Source: Azolla caroliniana (Eukaryota; Plantae; Polypodiophyta). Taken from it: a DNA stretch of 64,000 nt. Under the pieces are notes generated by a model. It saw only the letters and a program-made list of their open reading frames with translations, had not been told where the DNA came from and did no database searches. The stretch is from contig JBHGNT010000002.1 in assembly GCA_043228905.1 (NCBI GenBank), positions 14,198,001-14,262,000 on the forward strand, written 5' to 3'. Position 1 is the stretch's first letter, and the number at the start of each line of letters is the position of its first letter. Below are positions 11,301-25,400 of this stretch, piece by piece. Both the position numbers and the translations under genes were made by a program.

Positions 11301-13970
11301 AGAAAAGGGAAAGAAGATGTCGGAGTGCGGCACGGATAGGGACGAGTCGGATCAACGCGAATCCGACTCCGAGAAGAGCGATGACGGGCCTTCAAGAGCG
11401 AAGTCCACGTTGGCCATAACGGCCTCAACATCGGCTATTCCGCAATTATGTTGATCTACCTACCAGAAGAACCCTGTTGTGCGGTTCGGATACAATGAGT
11501 ACATGGCGCATCACATGACATGCGTAGTGGAAGTGCGTGAGCCGGAGAGGTGCGCAGAAGCAGCAAAGGATGCAGATTGGCGTGCTGCCATGGAGGAAGA
11601 GATGAACGCACTTGCGGAGAATGAGACCTGGGATCTAGTTGACACCCCTAAGGGTGTAAAGCCGATTGGATGCAGGTGGGTGTACAAGGTCAAGTACAAC
11701 ACCGATGGCTTAGTCAACCGATACAAGGCCTGGTTAGTAACAAAAGGCTACGCGCAGCAATACGACATCGATTACGATGAGACGTTTGCGTTGGTCGCAA
11801 AGATGATAACCGCCCGTGTTTTGCTTGCGGTAGCTGCGGCAAAGGGTGGCACTTACATTAGATGGATGTAAAGAATGTGTTCCTACAAGGCGAGCTTGAG
11901 GAACAAGTGTACATGGTACAACCCCCGGGATATCACTCCGGAACGAACACTTTGGCGGTATGCCGGTTGAAGAAGTCCCTTTACGGACTAAAGCAAGCCC
12001 CGCGTTCCTGGAACGCGAAGATCATGCAGTGATTGCGTCGGATGGGATTTGCGACATCCAAATCAGACTCTTCATTGTTCATCCGGCAAGGGCAACTTGG
12101 GTCGGTTAGTATTTTACTTTATGTTGTTGACTTGATCATCACCGGTGTCAACCTAGATGAAATTGACCGCGTAAAGCTCCAGCTTGCGGCATCATTTGAT
12201 ATGAAGGACCTGGGGGACCTTCATTACTTTCTCGGGATCGAAGTGATCCGAACCCCCGAAAGAATACTGATCAACCAACGACATTATGTGCTGAGTATGC
12301 TCTTCAAGTTCAGGATGGCAGACTGTAAGTTTGTCTCAACTCCTCTCGACATAACTGTAAAGCTTCGCCCTGACTCCGGAAAGGTCTGTGACCCGAAAAG
12401 GTTCTGACAGATTGTCGGAAGCCTCATATACTTGACTATCACCTGGCCGAACCTCAGCCACCCAGTCGGCTTGATTAGTCAGTTCATGGCCCGGCAAACC
12501 GAGGAGCACCTTCAGTGCACGCAACGCATACACAGGTACGTCAGTGGCACTAAGGATTGGGGAATACTATATCTGACCGGTACTACCGCACAATTAGTCG
12601 GCTATACGGATGTCGACTGGGCTAGAAATGCCGGCGATCGCCCATCCACATCCGGATTCGCGTTCTCCCTTGGGAGCGCCACGATCGCGTGAAGTAGCAA
12701 GAAGCAGTCGACAGTTGCACGATTGAGCACAGAAGCCGAGTATCGAGGAGTAGTTGTCGCAACATGCAAAGCCATATGGCTAAAGCCGCTACTTAAGGAT
12801 CTATAGGTGGAGGTGTCCAATCCGATGACGATCTATTGTGACAACCTCAGCAGCATCAACTTGCGAAGAACCCCGTCTTCCACGCCAAGACTAAGCACAT
12901 TGAGGTGCACTACCACTTTGTCCGCGAGCGTGTCCTCTTTGGTGTAGTTGAACTTTAGTATGTTTCGATGGATCGGCAGAACGCCGACATTTTCACCAAG
13001 CCCCTTGGTCTAGACAAGTTGCGGCAATTCTTGGTTGCGCTTGGGTTGCGGCACCTCGACGTGCCGAACTTGAGGGGGAGAGAATTCCCGCAAGACCACG
13101 GAAAGGAGTAGGAAAGGAGCGGAAGTGACCCTGACACCAAATCGGATGGCAAAATCAATTTAGTGTCAGCTGAAGAAGCCGAAGGCGGATCCACGGAAGA
13201 GTTTGGAAGTGGACGAGAGGGCAACAATTGAAAGAAAGATCCGGAGCCAGCCAAACATGGGGCATATGAAGCCAACAAGGGTGAGAAGGCTAATATTGAG
13301 GATGAATTGGAGACAACCAATTCAGACAAAAACGGTACCGATGTTTAATTCGGAGACGCTGAATCAACTGAAGGCCAAGCAAAATAAATGGCAGCAGAAG
13401 AGGCGCCAATACCGTGACAGCAAGGGAGCTGGAAAAGGCCGCACGAGCAGACAAGCCGACCGTAAGGGTCGAGGCGCGCGGATTCGAACGGGCCGAGGAG
13501 CGCGAGCGAGGCGTGAAGTCAAGAGAAACTGAAGCGAAGGACCGGAAGGGTCTCAAGTTGAGCTTGAGGGGGAGTGTTTAGATACAAGCTCAACATTGAC
13601 CGGATCGGTGCATAAATCGGTGTGTAAACCGGTGCGCAACAAGAGACCAGATTGGTGCAGAAACCGAGAGGCCGTTGAACAGATATTCTGCGAGGGAATA
13701 TATTTGGGAGTTAGTGTAGGAGCTCAATTATAAGCATTGAAGTACGTGTCAGTACTTCTGTCAGTCCGTATGGACTTGTCTAAAAGTGCTCCCTGTCCAC
13801 ATCCTATGTATAGAGTTTTAATCATTTTTTGTATTCAGTTTCTTCTGTGTGTTATTTTTTCCCTCTCTGTCTCTCTCGCGTACATCGTGTCTTAAGCTCT
13901 CCAATAAACCTGTTGTTTCCTCCTATTGGTATTTTGTGTGTCATATAGCTTACACACATTACGTTTTTCA
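8318..13970 (+). mobile_element. Element C: full-length degenerate Ty1/copia (5' LTR 8318-8708; 3' LTR 13575-13970) inserted 10 bp inside the LTR of B
   Basis: Paired TG..CA LTRs, a perfect TSD GGAAC (8313-8317 / 13971-13975), PBS TGGTATCAGAGC at 8709-8720 abutting the LTR, and PPT TTGAGGGGGAG at 13564-13574. Confidence 0.95.
8806..13110 (+). pseudogene. Copia gag-pol polyprotein of element C, with several stops and frameshifts
   Basis: gag (KLDRSNYASWSYKM), protease (WYIDSGASNHMT), integrase ([14 protein letters not shown]), RT ([26 protein letters not shown]) and RNase H (GYTDVDWA). Confidence 0.9.
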
Positions 13971-14253
13971 GGAACTAGTGTGGAAGTATTGCTTAGCCAC
14001 AACCGAGTCTCAAATCACTCTATGAAGGACCAAACACAGAAATGGGAAATAGGTATGATGAATGCACGCACACAAAACAACGATAGAGAACACAGGATGT
14101 TTACGTGGAAAACCCTAATCGGGAAAAACCACGGCAGCCCACAGACTCCGAACTATCACTATATGAGAAGAAATACAAAGTGGAAACATAGAGGCAACAA
14201 CCTCGTGCTCGCGATCTTCGCCAGATGGCGGTTACAACAGAGAGTGCTCGTAG

Positions 14254-14289
<36 letters not shown>

Positions 14290-15912
14290 CAACAATAATA
14301 ACAACAACAACACGCTCTAACATCACACTAAAGTGATTGCCCTAAGTCATATTTATACTTATATGACTTTAGGGCTATTTACAAATATAGCCTCGATGAG
14401 CTCACCATGAAACATATTTACACATATGTCCTTGGATCCGGTTTGCACCGAATCCATCCGGATTCACTCGATCTTGTTTTTGGGTCTCATCCGAAACCCT
14501 TCCAGATCCGGTTCCTTCATCCGGCTCCTCCGGTTCTCATCTGGATCCCATCCAGAGGGACCGAATTCCCAACAAACTTCCCCTTCACTCCGGCATGGGA
14601 TTTCTCATTAATTTGATCCGTCTTCAACACGCATCCAGGTTGTCCATTGAAAGAAACTTGGTCAGCATATTCAATCCATTCTCCTTCGTTTGGATCTTCG
14701 TCAGCATGAAGTCTTGAACTTCTACCTTCTCCCGGATCCAATGATATCTCTGCTAGATGTGTTTTGTCCGGGAATGGTAGCCAACCTTCTTCACAAGGTA
14801 GATGGCCCTTTGACTATCACAGTAGAGCCGATATTCCTCCTGTCGGATCCCTAGCTCTCCGATGAAGTCCTTGGTCGGTCATGCAAGAGTTGAACTTCTG
14901 GTACTATTGCCGAGGAGCTTGCTTCAATCCATATAAGCTCTTCTCAGCCACACACCAGGTGCTCCTTCCCTTTCTTCTCAAATCCTTCCAGTTGATGCAT
15001 GTAAATCTCTTCTTCGAGGTCGCCATGTAGGAATGTCGTCTTGCATCCAGTTGCTCTACCTCGAGGTCCATGCTTACCGCTATGCTCAATACCGTCCAGA
15101 TGGATGTCATCTTTACTATCGGGGTAAAGATCTCATCGAAATCCATGCCTTTCTTCTGCTGAAAGCCCTTCACCACGATTTGGACCTTGTACCTCGTGGA
15201 TTTCCAGCGTCTCCCGGTTTCAGCTTGAACACCCACTTGTTCCGGAGTGCCCTCTTTCCTTTCGGCAACTCCGTCAGTTCGTATGTGTGGTTCTCATGAA
15301 GGGAATCCATCTCATCCTACATGGCACTTAACCACTTGCGACTGTGGGTGTCTTTCTTTGCTTCTTCGAAGCTTTCTGGTTCCCCCTCATCGGTCAGCAA
15401 TACGTGCTCTACATCCATAAATATCTGGGGGTCTCTTCTCTCTCTGAGAGGGTATCTTCGTCCTTGGTTTCTGACTACCGATTCCTCCGCTTGTTCTTCA
15501 TCCGAATCCGATTCGGGATCTTGTCTGGTTCCGGTGTCTTCTTCTTCAGTCGGCTCGGTTTCTTGTCTGAATCCGGCCGGTTCCTCGAGTGTCATCCGGT
15601 TACCGGCTAACATCTGGTTTTCAACCGGGTAAGTCCTTGTGTCCTCAAGCTGGTTTTCATTGGATGATCCGGAGTTCATCAGCTTCTTCTCCAAATCCCA
15701 GTCGGAAATGGTCCTGTCTTCCATGAAGACTATGTCCCGACTCCGGAACACCTTCTTGTCGACCAGATCCCACACCCGGTAACCGAACTCATCATCGCCG
15801 TATCCGAGAAATATGCATGGCCTGGACTTTGGATCCAACTTTGCTCTCTTTCCCTTTGCAACATGCACATATGCTAGACACCCAAACACCTTTAGATGCT
15901 GGTAAGACATGT

Positions 15913-17467
15913 TGTCGTGAAAATTCGTCACTATGTGTGGATCGTGAGGTGGAACTGCCGAGGTTATGGATAGGAAGGAAATAGGGCTCACACCCACAAC
16001 ACAAGGAAGGCTTACACAAACAAGGCACGAGTATTCGAACATGTTTGTGAAAAGGAGAAGTGCATGGGCCAGCCTGAATCAACCCCTAGTCACAAGACGA
16101 ATGAATGCACGTGAGGAAGTCTTACACACAGACACACAAGGAAAAGGCTTACTTACACACACGAGAGACAGAGTTTCGAATGCCTTTGTGAAAAGAGAGG
16201 TGCATGGGCAAAGCCCGAACGCTCCCTGAAAAGGCTTACTTACACACACAAGAGACAAAGTTTCGAATTCCTTTGTGAAAAGAGAGGTGCATGGGCAAGC
16301 CCAAACGCTCCCTTGTTAAAAGACACGCGAAAACACAAGCAAGGTTTACACACAGGAGACACAATTTCAAACGCCTTTGTGAAAGGAGAGGTACATGGGC
16401 AAAAGCCCGAATGCTCCCTTGCCACAAGTCACACGAACACACAAGCAAGGTTTACACACGGGAGACCATTTCAAATGCCTTTGTGAAAGGAGAGGTGCAT
16501 GGGCAAGCTCGAACGCTCCCTTGCCACAAGTCGCACGAACACACGAGCAAGATTTACACTAACACGCAAGACACGATTTCGAATGCCTTGGTGAAAGGAG
16601 AGGTGCATGGGCAAGCCTGAACGCTCCCTTGCCACAAGTCACATGAACACACAAGCAAGATTTACACTAACATGCAAAACACGTAGGTTTCAATGCCTTT
16701 GTGAAAGGAGAGGTGCATGGGCAAGCCCGAAACACTCCCTTGTCACAAGACACAAAAACAAATAAGCACAATCAAGATTTACACATAAGACAAGTAGATG
16801 AAAGAAAACATTAGTTTATATCAATATAATAGATTCTTTTATAATATAAGAATCATGTTACAATGGGTTGGATGCAAATATGACGGATTGTTTATAAAGG
16901 AATGGGGAAGAGAGGTGGAGGAAAGAAGAGAGTGGAGTATAGAAGGAGTTTCTTTGTTGATGATGCCTCTCGATGTTGTTGATCCTTCTTCTTCTGCTTT
17001 CCAATTGAGTAGAGCTTTTGCGTTCCTTCTCCCTCCCCCCCTTCTTCACTAGAATAGGCTCTTATTTATAGGTTTAGGATTGCTTGCCTTTTTCCCCTAA
17101 AAAAAAGCTTGTCTATATGAGTCCACTTTTCTTTTCCTCACTATTTTGGCTTTCTAGCCTCAAATTTCACATGCAAGATATTCTTAGAAAGCTCTTTAGG
17201 TTAGATTTCTTATGCATCTTTTTTTTTCTAATTTGGACATTTGACGAGGAAATTATGAGCTTTTTACTCGACCTTGCTCCTCATATCCACGGCTAGCTTT
17301 TCTTTTCCCATCTTTTTCTCTATTTTTGTCTACTTTCGAAAACCTCTTCTAACTTTTTATCCTTTCATTTATTACTATAGTTGACTTAAGAAAATTAGTT
17401 TATTTGGACCACTATTTTATTCTCTTTTGAGGGTGGTTTCACACTATGTGTCGAAAACATCACGACA
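15913..17467 (-). mobile_element. Solo LTR D (1555 bp) of the G0 gypsy family, inserted in the integrase of B
   Basis: TGTCGTGA...TCACGACA 8-bp inverted termini and a 4-bp TSD ATGT/ACGT. The reverse complement of 17100-17467 matches the G0 3' LTR at 38664-39446. TATA (CCTATAAATA) on the minus strand near 17064-17073. Confidence 0.9.
16000..16760. repeat. Degenerate tandem array inside LTR D (7 copies, spacing ~90-140 bp)
   Basis: Core CTTTGTGAAAGGAGAGGTGCATGGGCAAGCC near 16043, 16184, 16271, 16375, 16479, 16588 and 16697, with CA-rich linkers. Confidence 0.9.
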
Positions 17468-18845
17468 ACGTCTTTACCAGTCCATACTCTCTGTGGTGTG
17501 TCTCCATCCAAGGGGGCTAAGGGTGATCTATTTATCACATACATCACCGTCATCAACGCCTTAGCCCAAAACTTCTTGGGTAGCTTTGCATGGGCCAACA
17601 TGCTCCGGACTCTCTCCATTATGGTCTGATTCATCCGTTCGGCCAGCCCGTTTAACTCTGGCGTCTTCAGCACGGTGAATTCGAGCCAAATTCCCTTCGA
17701 CCGGCAGTACTCTTCGAACTGTCCCTAGTATTCTCCTCCATTATATGCTCAAACCGCCTTCAGCTTTTAGCCGGTTTCTCTTTCCACTCTTGCGTGGAGC
17801 TCCTTGAAGACGGATAACACCTGATCCTTTGTCTTCAGCGGTGAGACCCACAGCTTCCGGCTGTGGTCGTCTATGAACGTCACGAAGTACTACGATCCAG
17901 CATGTGACTTCGTGTCTACTTGACACACATTGATATGCACCAACTCCAGTGGTGCATTCCGTCTCATTGGTGGTCTTGACTGGAAGGAGGTTTGGTTTTG
18001 CTTGTCGGCCAAGTCTCTTCATCCCCTTCTGACTCATGTGACACAACCTCTTGTGCCACAATTCACCGACAATGTCGGATGCTACGTTCACTTCTTCACG
18101 GCATATCTGGGCCTGCATCAGGCACAATGTGTTGATCTTCCGGGCTCGAGCCAAGATCAAGCTTCCTTTGCTGAATTTCATAACTCTGTTCCGGATGCTA
18201 CCCATGTAGCCTTCATCATCTAGTCGACCAGCTGATATCAGGTTCAACCGAACCTCCGAAACGTATCAAACTTCTTTCAACAACAATTTGCATCTGGTTG
18301 ATGTCATCAACAACACATATCCTATGCCGATGATTCGGTAGGTCCCTTCATTCCCCACCTGGACACAATCGTTATCTCCGGTTGTGTAGGATGAGAAGCA
18401 TCTCCAATCCAGTGTCAGATGGAACGATGCTCCGAAATCGACAACCCATGTTGTCTCGTCGTCAACAAGGTTTAACTCATTCTCCTCAGTAATGAGCATT
18501 AGTTCTTCTGCACTTGTTGCAATTGCCGACGTTCCCTTCCGATCCGACCCATTCCGGTCCAACCCATTCCGGTCCGAACCGCTCTTCGAATCGACACTGT
18601 CGGTTCCTTTCTCTTTTCGGAAATGCCAACAGTTCTTTTCGAAGTGCCCTAGCTTCCCACAATAGAAGCAAGTAGGACTCCCCCTTGACTTTGACCTCGT
18701 CCCCAATTTGTCCCAGTTTTGAGGACTCCGATATCGGCCTCTTCCCCAGTTTTGGTCATCTTCCGTGACCAAGGCCTTCGGATCAGTTCCGGACTCCGGT
18801 CCTTCTGGCGAGCTTCTTCATCTACCAAGCTTGATTTTACCCTTG

Positions 18846-19296
18846 TGTTACGGGCATGACCATATAATATCCCATGGTAAGAATTTACTATAGTATTCTA
18901 TACACGTGGATAAGTGTGAGGGTTAAAAGAGAGTGTAAAGAAGGGGAGGATTACTTTTAATCCTCGGGATTGAGACAACCCATTAGGCCAAGTGTGAACT
19001 TCCCTGGGGGCCTTGGGTATCGCTATAAATATGAGGCCTAGATACCCTCATTTCATATATCTTGACTACGTTGAGACTCTATTTCGTGGTGGGTCAACTC
19101 TTGTAGCGAGCGCGCCAGCACTAGGTATGACTCGACGTCACGACGGTGGTATGGGACGCCGATCGAGGCTCGAGTCCATCTCGATCCCTTCGCTCGAGGG
19201 TGGTCGGGTGGATCGACACCCTTCTTTCTCTCTCTCCTTTCTATCTATCTATCTTTTATCCTTATCATATGCTTACTCTAGATCATAACTCTAACA
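18846..19296 (+). mobile_element. Solo LTR F (451 bp, family not otherwise represented in the window) in the gag of B
   Basis: TGTTA...TAACA termini, a perfect TSD CCTTG (18841-18845 / 19297-19301), and GCTATAAAT near 19022. Confidence 0.9.
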
Positions 19297-19466
19297 CCTT
19301 GCTAGGGACAATTGCTTTCCTTCCGGCCCAGCGTTGCCCAACGTGACAACTACCGTCTCCCGACTATTCGGGAGGGAACCGAGCAGGAGCAATGCGAGTA
19401 CCTCATCCGCGAGAGGTACTTCCAACGAGGTGGCTTGGTGTATTAGCCCTTGGAAGGCATTCACGT

Positions 19467-22400
19467 TGTCGAGGTTTTCCTCGCGGATGCGTGGAATGAG
19501 GCGGGACCTCGGGGGTCCTGTACCAAAGAGCAAGAGAGAAAGGAGAAGATGCCCACTACGTGCGAGAGTAGATTCACAGGGACACGGCCCTTCGACACAA
19601 AGACGCGAGTGGGACAGTGACACAAGGAGACACAAACGTATGTATGTATTAACAAAGACAAACAACACAACACGGAGTCGGTTACAACCGAACAGGCCGG
19701 CGAACAGATGCTGATACCTGTTCGTAAACGCACAGAAAGGAAGGAGTTGGTTGGAGATGCTGCCGGAAGCACTCGGGCATTCCTCAGAGCAGCGCGAGCC
19801 TCCCGAAACCTGCACAGAAGGAAGCTATGGCGTTTGCGAACCAGAGAGAGAGAGAGAGAGAGAGAGAAGCCTTCGCCCACGAACCGACAGCACTTCGTCC
19901 TCGACTCTCCGCGATCCCTTCGCCCCTCCTCGTCTCCCTCCTTTTATAGGCAAGGAAGGAGCCGTTTCCTCTTTACTTCCTACCTACCGAATCTGCCTGC
20001 CTAGGATCTCCTATGTACAACATAAGGCGCACGTGCATGAAGAGCCGGTTCCTACGCTCCGGTGCACCGATTCCGCTTGAGGACGGTTTTCTTCAAGACA
20101 TCCGCCCCCACCTAACCGCGCATCCACCGGCATGCGCCAAATTGAGTTGGGACAGAGAAAACCGGTCCAGCCTTTATTCCCCGCCCGTCGGTTCTTCTTC
20201 GGTTTCGGATCGTTCGTCGTCCCGGTCCAGGTTATCCGGATCCGGCTCGTCGTCGTGACGCTTCTTGAACGCTTTGATCCGCTTCCCAGCTACCGGTATC
20301 GCCATTCTCGTGCCGTCGAGTTCCGCCAGATGGTACGTCCCGTTGTCGTTGGCGCTTTGTACCACGTAAGGCCCGAACCACCTTCTTGCGAACTTCTGTG
20401 TCGCTCGGTGTTGGTTGTCGAGGCTGCTGTCGTAGACTAGCACCCAGTCGCCTTCCTCGATCCTCTTTGGTCGGAGCCGGTGCGTCCGGTGAAACCGGGC
20501 TTTGTTCCTCGTCCTGGCCACCCGAAGCCTTTCCGCAGCCTGCTCCACGTCCTCCGGTCTTCGCTCGAGCTGTCGTATGCGCGCGCCGTCAACAGTTCCT
20601 CCCGGCTCATCTCGTCTCTCCAGTCCACGGTTGCCCATGAGGAGATCGTAAGTTCCATCGGCATGATCGGCTTCTGCCCAAACATGAGCTCTGCCGGCAT
20701 GAATCCGGTGACCGAACTGTGCATAGTTCGGTTAGCCCACAACGCGTAAGGCAGCAGCCGTGGCCAGTTCCCGACTTGCCCTCCGCATGCCCGAACTAAC
20801 GCCTTGACGATCGGTCCATGTCCGCGCTCCACCATCCAATTCGCCTCCGGATTGTACGCAGTGGTAAGCGAGAGCTTGACTCCTAGCCGGTCGAACAGCT
20901 CCTCGGCCTCTTCGGCGTCCAACTCCCCGCGATCAGCCACAATCTTCCCGACGCACCCATACCGGCATATCACGTCCTCGATCAGGAACCGACATACGGC
21001 CGCGGTTGTTTTGTTCTGAAGGGCTCGGCCTTCCACCTGGTTCGTCAGATCTTCCCAAGCCAGGACCAGATACCGCATCTGTCCTACGCCCATCGGCATC
21101 GTCACCAGATCTACCATCCATTTGAAGTGGACGGTCGGAGGGTACGTAGGGTGAAGCTCGTCCCGATGCCGAACTATGGAGTGCATCTGGCCGCTCTCGC
21201 AAGTTGCCACGAACCGATGCACGTCCCGGTACAGTCCCGGCCACCAGTACTTCCCCTTTATCTTCTCGAACGTGGCCCACGTTCCACGGTGACCAGCCCA
21301 AGGGCTGTCGTGGTAAGCCGTCAACAGCTCCTCGTGTTCTTCCTTCATCGCCACCACCCGGAGCGGGACGCCGTTCCTCTTCTTCGGGTGCTTCCATAAG
21401 TATCCGTCCCGGAGAAAGAATCAGTAAGCTTTCTTCCGGACCCGGTTAGCTTCGTCCTTCGTCCATGACGCATCCGGCGTCATTGTCCTCAGAAACCCAC
21501 CGATCTGCAGCCACTCGCCGTCGTACTTGCTCTCGTCGAAGCCGTTAAGTGCCGGAGTGCTCGCCCCATCGGTCGTCACGTACGCCGCCTCGAAGAAGTC
21601 CACGCCGACTTCTTCGTCCTCCGAAACCATGCCGCCCTCGTCATCAAACCTCGCCCTCGAAAGCATGTCGGCCATGGCGTTGTCTTTTCCGGAAATGTGT
21701 CGTATTTCTGGGTCCAGGGACTTGATGTACACTATCCACCTGAGCATCGCCAGGTCCGGTGTCGCGCATCCGGAAACCATGCCGAGAATTGGCAGGCAAT
21801 CCGTCTCGACAATCACTTCCGTCCCGATCAGGTAGTCTTTGTCGGCCTTTACTGCCGAAACGATACCCCAGAGTTCGCGTTTAACCTGGGCGTACCCTCG
21901 TTGTCGCTCACTGAGGACCTTCGCGCCGAATCGGATCGGGAACCGAATGCCGTCCCCGTCTTCTTGGTTGATGACCCATCCGATCCCGATCAGACTCGTA
22001 TCCACCGTTATGTATACCGGGGTACCCTTCTCGTAGTCAGCCTTCCGGAGCGCCGGTGCTGCCGCAAGAGCTTCCTTAAGCTTCCGGACCGACTCCGCGT
22101 GCTCGTCTCGCCACTCGAATTTTCGCCCTTTCTTCAGCAACCCGTATAACGGCTCCGCAACGTGGGCGTAATGCGGGATCCATATGTGGTAGAATGCGCA
22201 TGCCCCCAGGAACCTCCGAACTTCCGTAACCGAGCTACAGTCGGTCTTCATTGCGGAAATGGCTTCTACCTTTGCCGGAGACGGCTTCCGGCCATATGGT
22301 CCACATAGGTGTCCGACCACCAGGATTTCCGATTGCCCGAAGGCCGATTTCTCCCCGAAGGTGAGCCTCGCATCCTCTAGCCTTTGTAGCACTTTCTCGC

Positions 22401-25400
22401 AGTCGTCGATGTGTGTTGCAACGAATCGCCGGCATCCGTCCGGTCCGAGTGTTGCGTCCCTCTCTTCTACCGGGCACCCCTTGATCGGAATGTCGTCCAG
22501 AAATGGCATGGTGATGTCCGGGATGCAATCCCTCAGTACCTTGTTCATTGCATTCACCATGTGGGCCACTAAGTTGGTCCCTCCTTGTGGCAGGGTACAC
22601 ATTCGTACTAGGTCGAGGGGAGTTCGCATCGTCGTAATGTCTCTGCTCTCCACGGCTAGCTGGAACTGGTCGTACCCCGAATACAGATCACCGACCGAGT
22701 AAATCGACCTTCCGGCGAAAGCCTCCGCAAACTCGTCTATGGTCGGTCCGATCCCTGCGTTCCGAATGGTCACTCTGTTAACCGGCTGCAGGTCTTGAAT
22801 GAAGCGCAATGATCCGTTTTTCTTTGGTACGGTAAACCATCGGTTCGAGTATGGCGCGCTCGACGGTTCGAGAATACCCATATCGACTTTCTGCCTCAAT
22901 AGCTCCATCAACTCCGGGATGTGAGCTCTTGTACCGGAATCGGCTTGAGATTCCACGGCACATGCGGTACCGTGAATATCACCATCGGCTCCACGATTGT
23001 CGGGTCTATGCACCCGATCTCTTCCGGCGAAAATGCGAAGGCTTTCCCGTGCCTTCTGAGCATTCTCCGAAACCGGTCTTCCTCCGCCGGCAGTAGGAAC
23101 CCGCGCCCACCGATCTTGAGCTCCCGGAGCGTCCCGTCGGTGAATGTGTGTCCTATGCAGGCCGGATCTCGTAAACTGGGGTCCGACGCAACCCCTCTGA
23201 TTCGGGACTCGCTACCCTCCGGCAAGGGTGCCGCGACTGGCCTTACCTTCCGGTCCACAGTCTTGTACTTCGTGCTAACTCGGGCCGTCCGATCCGACCC
23301 GAGCCCCCGACTGAAGTTCGCGATGACTTCGTACATCTCTTCAAAACATACCGGTATCGTCCGGTCCTCGCTAAGGCCTTCTCCGGCTACCTTCCTCAGC
23401 ATTCCCAAGGTGTCGTCGAAGGAGACCGCCTCCACGGCTCCACTGATTTCCTCGTCCGGGCCGAGAACTCCGCACGCTCGAAGTCGCACTTCCGCCCTTG
23501 TCCTTTCTCGGCCGACGATGCCGACTACCATACACCCTCCGTTGTTGGAGAAGCAAAATTTCCCACCTATCGTACAGTCGTGGGGTCTTTTCTGAGTGTT
23601 CGGGTTGTCTCGGCCCCACACCTTGGCAGCCCTCTCTAAAAATCCTCCCGGTTCTCGCCACCGAGGGATTCGCGGTTTCTCTCGTGGTTCGGCCGCACCG
23701 TCAGAAATTGGACCGAATCGCGCCCGTCCTGGCTTTTGACCCTCGCGTAGGCCGAACCGTTGTCTAGCACCTTGGTCTCCATCCGCGCCGCCGTGATGTA
23801 TGGTTCACCTAATATGACCGGGTGCGAGGACGTCTCCTATACGAAGAAGTGCTGGTCAATCTCGACGTCGCCGATCTTGACTCGCACGTTCAGGCAGGCC
23901 CCATGCAGTTCCTCGGTGGCGCGCGTCACCGCCCGTATCTTCCACCCGTGCTTGGTGTTGATCGGCCACTTCCCCTTGTTATAGAAGTCCATGGACATCA
24001 GGTTTATTTCCGAACCGTGGTCCACCAATGCCACCACCGGTTCCTGAACATCTCCGATCTTTACCAGGGTCTCCGTGGTCGCTCGGGCCCAGTGTGGCCT
24101 CGAATAGTGGCTCTCCGCCCACTCATCTGCCAGCGCCGAGTCGTCAATGTGCGTCATCCGCACCTCTACCGGTCTTTCCGGTTCCGTCTCCGTCGACAGC
24201 CTCTTCCGTTTCACCAAGTCTACAATGGAGTCGTGGAACTCCTTCTTGGCGATCCCTAGCACCTCCCGCAATGACAGCTCCACTTTGCTATTGAGGATCC
24301 GTTCTTCTAGGACCTTTCGTAGGTCCGTAGTCCTTTCTATTTTCGTCCCCAATCGGTATCCGCCCTTCCTGGGGTTATCTTGCGAGCTGGACCCACCGGC
24401 ATCATTCCGTCGTTGCCCGAATCGGGTCTCGTACCGTTGTGAGGGCCCGGCCGCTCCGGCTTTCCCCACCCGTTTGTCTTCAACCAGAGCCTCGTAGTTT
24501 CGGCAGGCGGCTTCTACAAAGCCCGTCTTCTCCTCGACCGGATCGCTCCACCCGGTTATTTCCCGGACCCGTCTCTCAGCGTGGTCCGTTTCATCTTTCC
24601 TTAGCCGTGCGCCGGCAAGACCTTCCAGCATTGCCGACCAGAATCCGTCTTTGCCCTCCTTTCGGGCCTCGCTGCCCCCGACCCGAATGCCGGCTGACGC
24701 CGGGTAGTGGATGGCCTCCACGTGTCGGGCCGCTGCCTCTTCCATCAGTCTCTTCATTCCTCCTCGCCCGTCGTTTCGGTTCAGGGCCCTCCTGGTGTCG
24801 TCGGCGTGCACCCGGCCTTCCCACAAGTACACCGCCCGATTCCTCAACGCTTCTGCGAAATCGCCGCAGTCCTTCCGGATGTGGCCGACCTCGTCGCACC
24901 ACATGCACCTGTTCCCTGCTGCCGGCCGTCGGTCACGAGCCGGTTCGCCGCCTTCCCTTCGAGTCTGGGCGATCTGGAGATCCTTTATCGCCCGCGTCAA
25001 CTCGTCCAGCACTGCTCCTCCGGACGAGCCATTGACCATACCGGTCGAAGCCGGACCAGTTTCGAGCCATTCCCGGGTCTCTTCCCTTCGCACTTGTGGT
25101 GCCGGTTCAAGCCTCCTTGCTGTGACAGAGCCCGCACCGGCCGCCCCGTTGTCAGCCCATTCTCGCCGTTTATCGAAACGGCCACAGACTCTCTTAACCG
25201 CAGCCCAGTCGGTTGTCAGCCCGTCCTCGGTTTCCAGCAAGGAGCCGACTTGGTCCCGGTCCCGCTCGTCCACCGACTTGACGAACAGTAGGACCCGACT
25301 CGTATCCAGAACGGTTCGGTCAAGCGCCGAAAGGCGCGCAAAGCGTTCTTCGAACTCCCGGAGGAGTGCCGTCGCGTTTCTTCCCTTGCCGAGGAACTCC

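Noticed and set aside
16000-16760. Repeat-spacer pattern resembling a CRISPR array
   Set aside because: Linkers are homologous to each other, repeats are degenerate, there are no cas genes, and the array lies inside a TSD-flanked eukaryotic LTR.
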